This document shows, piece after piece, positions 42,701 through 46,300 of a stretch of 46,300 nt of DNA (positions are counted from its first letter, which is position 1; the number at the start of each line of letters is the position of its first letter). The position numbers and the translations under genes were made by a program. Origin of the DNA: Rhodocyclaceae bacterium (GTDB lineage: Bacteria; Pseudomonadota; Gammaproteobacteria; Burkholderiales; Rhodocyclaceae); contig JBNLET010000242.1 of assembly GCA_050305135.1 (NCBI GenBank), positions 1-46,300 on the forward strand. The letters run 5' to 3'. The notes under the pieces are model-generated. The model saw nothing but the letters and a program-made list of their open reading frames with translations, was not told where the DNA came from and did not search any database.

Positions 42701-45060
42701 GCCGATTCGCGGCGGATCGCTACCAGGAGGGCTACCAGAAGGGCGTGCACGACCACGATGCGGCCCGCCTGCTGCAGGCGCTGGTGCCGATGCAGAGCGA
42801 AGCCGGCTTGCTGGCATATTCGCCCGAGGCGCGCGCATTGTCGTATCTGTACTGGCATTTCGGAGCGGACGCGCCGGATCGTGCAGCACTTTCGCGCATG
42901 GCGCGGTCGAGCACCGCGATCGAAGCCTCGTTCGGCGACCGCAGCGCGCTGTCCAGGGTCGAGTGTGCGCTGGCCGAGCAGTTGGCCGCCTTCGCGCCGC
43001 GTTTCGGCTTCGACGGCGCAGACCGCCCGCTGTGCGCTGGCGCCGCGCGCTACCTGGTGCGCCAGCTGGCGGCTCCGCGCGGCGGCGAGGCCTGGGTCGT
43101 GTCTGGCAGCGGCGCCGATCTGGCCGGCGCGCTGCTGAAGCAACTGGAACAAGAGGGTCGCCTGTCCGACTGGCAGTCCGACCTGGCCGCCGCCTCGGCG
43201 CAGGATCGCTGGTTGATGGCGAGCGACTGGGCAGCCGCGTTCGCCGGCCGACAGGCGGCCGGCCCTTGGGTCATGGACGCCGCGACAGTACTGCTGGGCG
43301 GTTCGGAGCGACAACGGCACAACGTGCGCCTCGACGCCCGGGTCGACGGCCTGCTCGGCGAGCACGAGCGGATCACGGACGGGGCCTCGGTCCTCAACCT
43401 GAACGATTTCTGGCGCCGCTACGACGATCACGCGACAAAGATCGTACCCGCCTTCCGCGCGCTGCAGCAACTGCGCATGTCCCTGGTCAAGGAGGAGCGG
43501 CGCCGCCTCGGGCTCGAGCAGTTCAAGGCCAATCCGCTCTCGTCCTTCGTCCGCAACCGGCTGATCGACCAGGTCTATTTGCCGATCATCGGCGACAACC
43601 TGGCGAAGCAGATCGGTGCCGCCGGCGCGGCCAACCGCAGCGATCGCATGGGCATGCTGCTGCTGATTTCGCCGCCCGGCTACGGCAAGACGACGCTGAT
43701 GGAGTACGTGGCGGATCGCCTCGGCCTGGTCTTCGTTCGCATCAACTGCCCGGCGCTCGGCCACGGCGTCAGCTCGATCGATCCGTCCGGCGCCGCGAGC
43801 GCCGCCGCCCGGCAGGAGCTCGAGAAGCTTAACCTCGGCTTGGCGATGGGCAACAACGTGATGCTGTATCTGGACGACATCCAGCACACCCGGCCCGAGT
43901 TCCTGCAGAAGTTCATTTCGCTCGCCGACGGCACGCGGCGCATCGAAGCCGTGCCCGACGGCAAGCCCGTGACCTGCGACCTGCGCGGCAAGCGCTTCGC
44001 GATCGTCATGGCCGGCAACCCCTACACCGAATCGGGCGAGCTGTTCAGGATTCCCGACATGCTGGCGAACCGGGCCGACATCTACAACCTGGGTGACGTG
44101 CTGTCCGGGCACGAGTCACTGTTTGCCGCCTCCTATCTCGAAAATGCGCTGACCGCCAACCCGCTGCTGATGCCGCTCGCCTCGCGCAGTCCGAGCGATG
44201 TCCACCTGCTGCTGCGGATGGCCGACGGAGAGGACATCCCAGGCAGCGAGTTCGCGCATCCGTACAGCGGCGTCGAACTGAACGAACTGGTCGAGCTGCT
44301 GCGACGAATGAGCCGTGCCAGGGCCCTGCTGCTGAAGGTCAACCGGGCCTACATCGAATCGGCCGCGCAACAGGACGCCTACCGCGACGAGCCTCCGTTC
44401 AAGCTCCAGGGCAGCTACCGCAACATGGCCAAGCTGGCGGCCAGGATCACGCCGCTGATGAGCGAGGCGGAACTCGACGAACTGCTGCGAGACCACTACC
44501 GCGGCGAGGCGCAGACGCTGACCGCCGGGGCGGAGGAAAACCTCCTCAAGCTCGCCCACCTGCTCGGCTCGCCGAGCGCGGAAGAACGCCTGCGCTGGAA
44601 AGAGATTTGCGAAGAATTCGTGCGCCGTCGCAAGCTCGGCGGCCCCGACGCCGACGGCAGCATGCGGCTGGCCGGCAGCGTGCTAGAGGTGGCCCGCGCA
44701 GTCGAAGCGCTGAAGCCCGGGGCGGGGGTCGATCGCGCACTGCGCGACGGGCTCGACGGCATCAACAAGGCCGTGGCGGAGATCCGGCCCAGCGTCAACG
44801 TCGAGACGCCGCAGCCCGACCTGAGTGGCGTCGAGTCGGCACTGCGGGAAATGCAACAGGCCTACGAAAAGGTGTTGTTGCCACTCGTCAATGCCACCTA
44901 TCTCAAGATGCGCCTCGACCACAGCCTGTGGGACGAGGTCAAGAACATCACCGCGATGATGGAGAAGGCGTCGCTCAAGTCGTGTGCCGACAAATCGCCG
45001 ACGGCCGGGAAGACAACGAAGGCAAGCCGGACGAAGGGCAGTCCGGCAAGCAAGGGTTGA
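39796..45060 (+). CDS. giant 1754-aa protein with a single recognisable AAA_5 (MoxR/dynein/McrB-type) P-loop ATPase module near aa 1285-1435; the remaining ~1250 N-terminal residues and ~300 C-terminal residues are unassigned
   Basis: The frame is uninterrupted and GC3-rich. Walker A is LLLISPPGYGKTTLMEY (nt ~43669-43695), and Walker B is MLYLDDIQH (nt ~43861-43881). The sensor/arginine-finger region FAIVMAGNPYTESGELFRIPDMLANRADIY matches the AAA_5 pattern (…NP…G…L..AL.NR). Several coiled-coil stretches are present. Confidence 0.8.
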   Translation: MMAERNSAEDTPAGDSASYELLRERLRRQAERLAAKTAALNEARLGTFGRSEMELLARLKARTDNNCVARDIVRIGDLLLFGYNVFVGLRQEIRAEDVFALFRLEQTAAGTTLEAVPLQGSLLAEGRFAADFRELYTYYKHASLTQLRVAGETLLAAFRIGQKLQDLRVFRWRIEADGSVRYIDNRGERDIALPASHDFEWTALSRADHVGGKHPHVNILDTVFVETVGGDLTVKIENNTESGLGIFSEPVDDRNQSLADADFAYARLGSLILIKVRPYREKQDRYLVFNSITSQVLRVDAIGRSCVQLPEDHGIIFPGGYYLQSGESKRFELPGQLAEGLLFKRMLRSPNGEDVLYVFYQPEEGHYALFAYNLIEKRLAAPIVSNGYARLEDGRILVMQAEGAEASRQHPMQLWHTPFFSDEHAARTPAAEDFFGRIGNADLVRGISELHAVARAAATGSPTRASYEALIRQAMRCLDGYFWLAEPETGGVAEELRGILASARATLDEFDKVESIRRNSEQALSRSEQKQRELLSSIAGMLWKTPTDFVQALASLREQRGHLHGLRDLRYVDAGRVESMDAALASEEARIGTRAVAFLADEHAFDGQGRELERLAQALPASETSEAIDALVSELDALAAGFDLLTEHLGSLTGGDAVVRTRILDRIAAVYAELNRTRAQARQRRSGLGASEAAAEFGAQFKLFGQAVDNALELADTPEKCDEFLTRLLAQLEEIEGRFAEHERFLDDVAGKRESVYEALSSRRQSLLEARQRRSQALAEAGRRILQGIPRRLAKLADADAVHAYFASDVLIAKLRQQIESIRELGAAVLADELATQLKTARDQAIGAVRDRSELLSADGNTLRFGKHAFTINAQPLDLTLVPRDGSLSYHLNGTDYFSPVRDARLDTLGPFLSQALLSETPELYRAEYLAGALLSECIAGQGPIECELLQKHCLEGEAGLEKMLAVVRRFAADRYQEGYQKGVHDHDAARLLQALVPMQSEAGLLAYSPEARALSYLYWHFGADAPDRAALSRMARSSTAIEASFGDRSALSRVECALAEQLAAFAPRFGFDGADRPLCAGAARYLVRQLAAPRGGEAWVVSGSGADLAGALLKQLEQEGRLSDWQSDLAAASAQDRWLMASDWAAAFAGRQAAGPWVMDAATVLLGGSERQRHNVRLDARVDGLLGEHERITDGASVLNLNDFWRRYDDHATKIVPAFRALQQLRMSLVKEERRRLGLEQFKANPLSSFVRNRLIDQVYLPIIGDNLAKQIGAAGAANRSDRMGMLLLISPPGYGKTTLMEYVADRLGLVFVRINCPALGHGVSSIDPSGAASAAARQELEKLNLGLAMGNNVMLYLDDIQHTRPEFLQKFISLADGTRRIEAVPDGKPVTCDLRGKRFAIVMAGNPYTESGELFRIPDMLANRADIYNLGDVLSGHESLFAASYLENALTANPLLMPLASRSPSDVHLLLRMADGEDIPGSEFAHPYSGVELNELVELLRRMSRARALLLKVNRAYIESAAQQDAYRDEPPFKLQGSYRNMAKLAARITPLMSEAELDELLRDHYRGEAQTLTAGAEENLLKLAHLLGSPSAEERLRWKEICEEFVRRRKLGGPDADGSMRLAGSVLEVARAVEALKPGAGVDRALRDGLDGINKAVAEIRPSVNVETPQPDLSGVESALREMQQAYEKVLLPLVNATYLKMRLDHSLWDEVKNITAMMEKASLKSCADKSPTAGKTTKASRTKGSPASKG

Positions 45061-45132
45061 ACCAAGCTCGCGAGCGAACTTCCCGCCGATTGATCGGTGC
45101 GGCAGCAGGGGACTGGCCGGCAGGCGCGTGCG

Positions 45133-45345
45133 CTACTCGGCCCAGTCCCGGCGCACGAATGCTCGCCACAGGCCCGGGTCGTGCGCACTCGGGGTGGCCT
45201 GCCCGATGAGGGCGTCGAGGCTGTCGGTAGGGCCGAGGTGGGCGCGGCCGGCAAGTCGGCCGGCTCGGTAGATCAGCAATTCGGGCAAGTCGTCGGGCAG
45301 GTAGTCGCCTATGAAGGGGGCGTGTTCGTCGAGGTCGAGCCACAT
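45133..45345 (-). CDS. 70-aa ORF, possibly a real small protein or the C-terminal remnant of a gene truncated by the adjacent AT-rich insertion
   Basis: MWLDLDEHAPFIGDYLPDDLPELLIYRAGRLAGRAHLGPTDSLDALIGQATPSAHDPGLWRAFVRRDWAE has native-like GC. Its 5' end abuts the point where GC content collapses, about 45350. Confidence 0.3.
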   Translation of the reverse strand: MWLDLDEHAPFIGDYLPDDLPELLIYRAGRLAGRAHLGPTDSLDALIGQATPSAHDPGLWRAFVRRDWAE

Positions 45346-45592
45346 TCGTCATGTTGTCGAAAATGCATGACATGCATTCATTGTGCCGAAACTCGACGAG
45401 GTTCCGTTGTCGATTTCTAGTTTGCTTCTCTGGGGCGCCGAGAACGCTGGCCACTTGAATGGTGCTGGAGCCGAGTGCAACCGGGCCGATGCTTGAGTAT
45501 GGGTCGATCTGAGCCGTATGGATTCTTGCGTCTTGCGAGTAGCCTATTAGCCTCCAAACCAACTCTGTGCCCATCGAACAGGTCGGTGCCTT

Positions 45593-45985
45593 CTAAAGAG
45601 AAAATGGCTGCATCTTACTGATTCTGTGATCCCATGCGCCCCTTTCGAACAAAGTTAACGCTCTCTGAGATATATCTTCGTCATGAAATCCCGTCAATGT
45701 AATTCCCACCTTCAGGAATACAATGAATCCGAGATAGTGCATTGGATTGGGGTCGGCTGTCATGATCTTTGCCAAGACCAGATGTGACTCTTCTCCGAAA
45801 ATATTGACGCCAAGAAACGTAATATTCTCCATTTGGCGTCCGAAGCCAATGTGAGTAAGTTTGTAAGGGGTTGAGGAGGCGTATGCCAACTTCATGAACG
45901 ACCTAAACTCTACGCGCTGCTTGAGCCAATTCTTGCTTATATGCTCTGCCGGACCCAGGATATTCTCAACATCGGCTGGAAGCAT
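45593..45985 (-). CDS. hypothetical 130-aa protein encoded in low-GC (foreign) DNA
   Basis: The ORF lies inside the ~45350-46180 AT-rich segment. There is no convincing RBS and I recognise no motifs. Confidence 0.3.
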   Translation of the reverse strand: MLPADVENILGPAEHISKNWLKQRVEFRSFMKLAYASSTPYKLTHIGFGRQMENITFLGVNIFGEESHLVLAKIMTADPNPMHYLGFIVFLKVGITLTGFHDEDISQRALTLFERGAWDHRISKMQPFSL

Positions 45986-46181
45986 TCCAAATGTCAGCGA
46001 TCCGGCGCCGCTGTAAGGTCTTAGGTTGAAGGGCAGGGGAAACGCACTTATTTGTCATCGTTGGCGCCTTGAAATGCCACCGTCGTCGACTTTCTGAAAA
46101 AGTCGTTCACTTTCAGTGCGATATGCAAGCATCTTGTGAACTCTCTGGATTTCCGGTCCACTCTCGCTTTTTGGGAAAGCG

Positions 46182-46300
46182 ATGGGATCGAAGACATTGG
46201 CGGCGTACTTTTCCGAGATCGAGGATCCCCGACGCACGGGGTTCGCACATCGACATGACCTGGTGGAGATCCTAGTGGTCGCGACGTGTGCCTTGTTCAG
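46182..46300 (+). mobile_element. 5' end of an ISAs1-family (H-repeat-associated) transposase gene; the IS continues beyond the window
   Basis: Translation from the ATG at 46182 gives MGSKTLAAYFSEIEDPRRTGFAHRHDLVEILVVATCALF. This matches the conserved ISAs1 N-terminal domain (…HF..I.DPR……H.L.DIL.I..CA.L.G…). Confidence 0.6.

Noticed and set aside
40966-44112. Long minus-strand ORFs (40966-42468, 42490-44112) inside the giant gene
   Set aside because: They are antisense to a gene with a clear AAA_5 module and coherent frame. Their composition is Arg/Ala/Gly-rich and they have no motifs.
45097-45420. 107-aa plus-strand ORF crossing the GC-content boundary
   Set aside because: Its translation changes character at the compositional break, and it overlaps the more protein-like minus-strand 70-aa ORF. 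It is probably spurious.

Overview
This 46.3 kb window is high-GC (roughly 68%) chromosomal DNA that looks betaproteobacterial (Rhodocyclales-like). Most genes are compactly packed, and I see no rRNA, tRNA or CRISPR. Going 5'->3':

(a) Positions 1-4568, minus strand: a PotABCD-type polyamine/GABA-family ABC importer operon, followed by the start of a GabD-like aldehyde dehydrogenase. A divergent MocR/GabR-type PLP regulator lies at 4776-6263, and the shared intergenic region carries candidate direct-repeat operators.

(b) 6318-6475: a cluster of REP-like repeats.

(c) An XRE-family regulator sits divergent from an asparagine/aspartate catabolic operon made of an AGCS symporter, aspA and ansA.

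(d) A translationally coupled FIST-domain gene and a PAS-GGDEF-EAL gene.

(e) Housekeeping genes tadA, an L,D-transpeptidase, an AraC regulator, a hydrolase, a frameshifted acyl-CoA-dehydrogenase-like gene, NRDE, ygfZ, and the conserved mltG-tmk-holB-pilZ-tatD block, plus an ankyrin protein.

(f) A sigma-54 enhancer-binding response regulator, divergent from an operon with a good sigma-54 promoter match (REC-GGDEF, TonB-dependent receptor, YfiR-like periplasmic protein, sensor histidine kinase).

(g) The most interesting locus: a tightly coupled 7-gene operon of about 10.2 kb at 34884-45060. It encodes a YjfI/DUF2170-like protein, a PspA/IM30 (ESCRT-III-like) protein, a small RHH-like protein, a YqiJ/NfeD-like membrane protein, a 703-aa flotillin (SPFH), a double zinc-ribbon protein, and a 1754-aa giant protein. 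The giant protein's only recognisable module is a C-terminal AAA_5 (MoxR/dynein-type) P-loop ATPase. A perfect palindromic operator overlaps the operon's promoter. I flag this as a candidate undescribed membrane-remodelling/scaffolding (or defence) system.

(h) The window ends with an abrupt AT-rich island and the 5' end of an ISAs1-family transposase.
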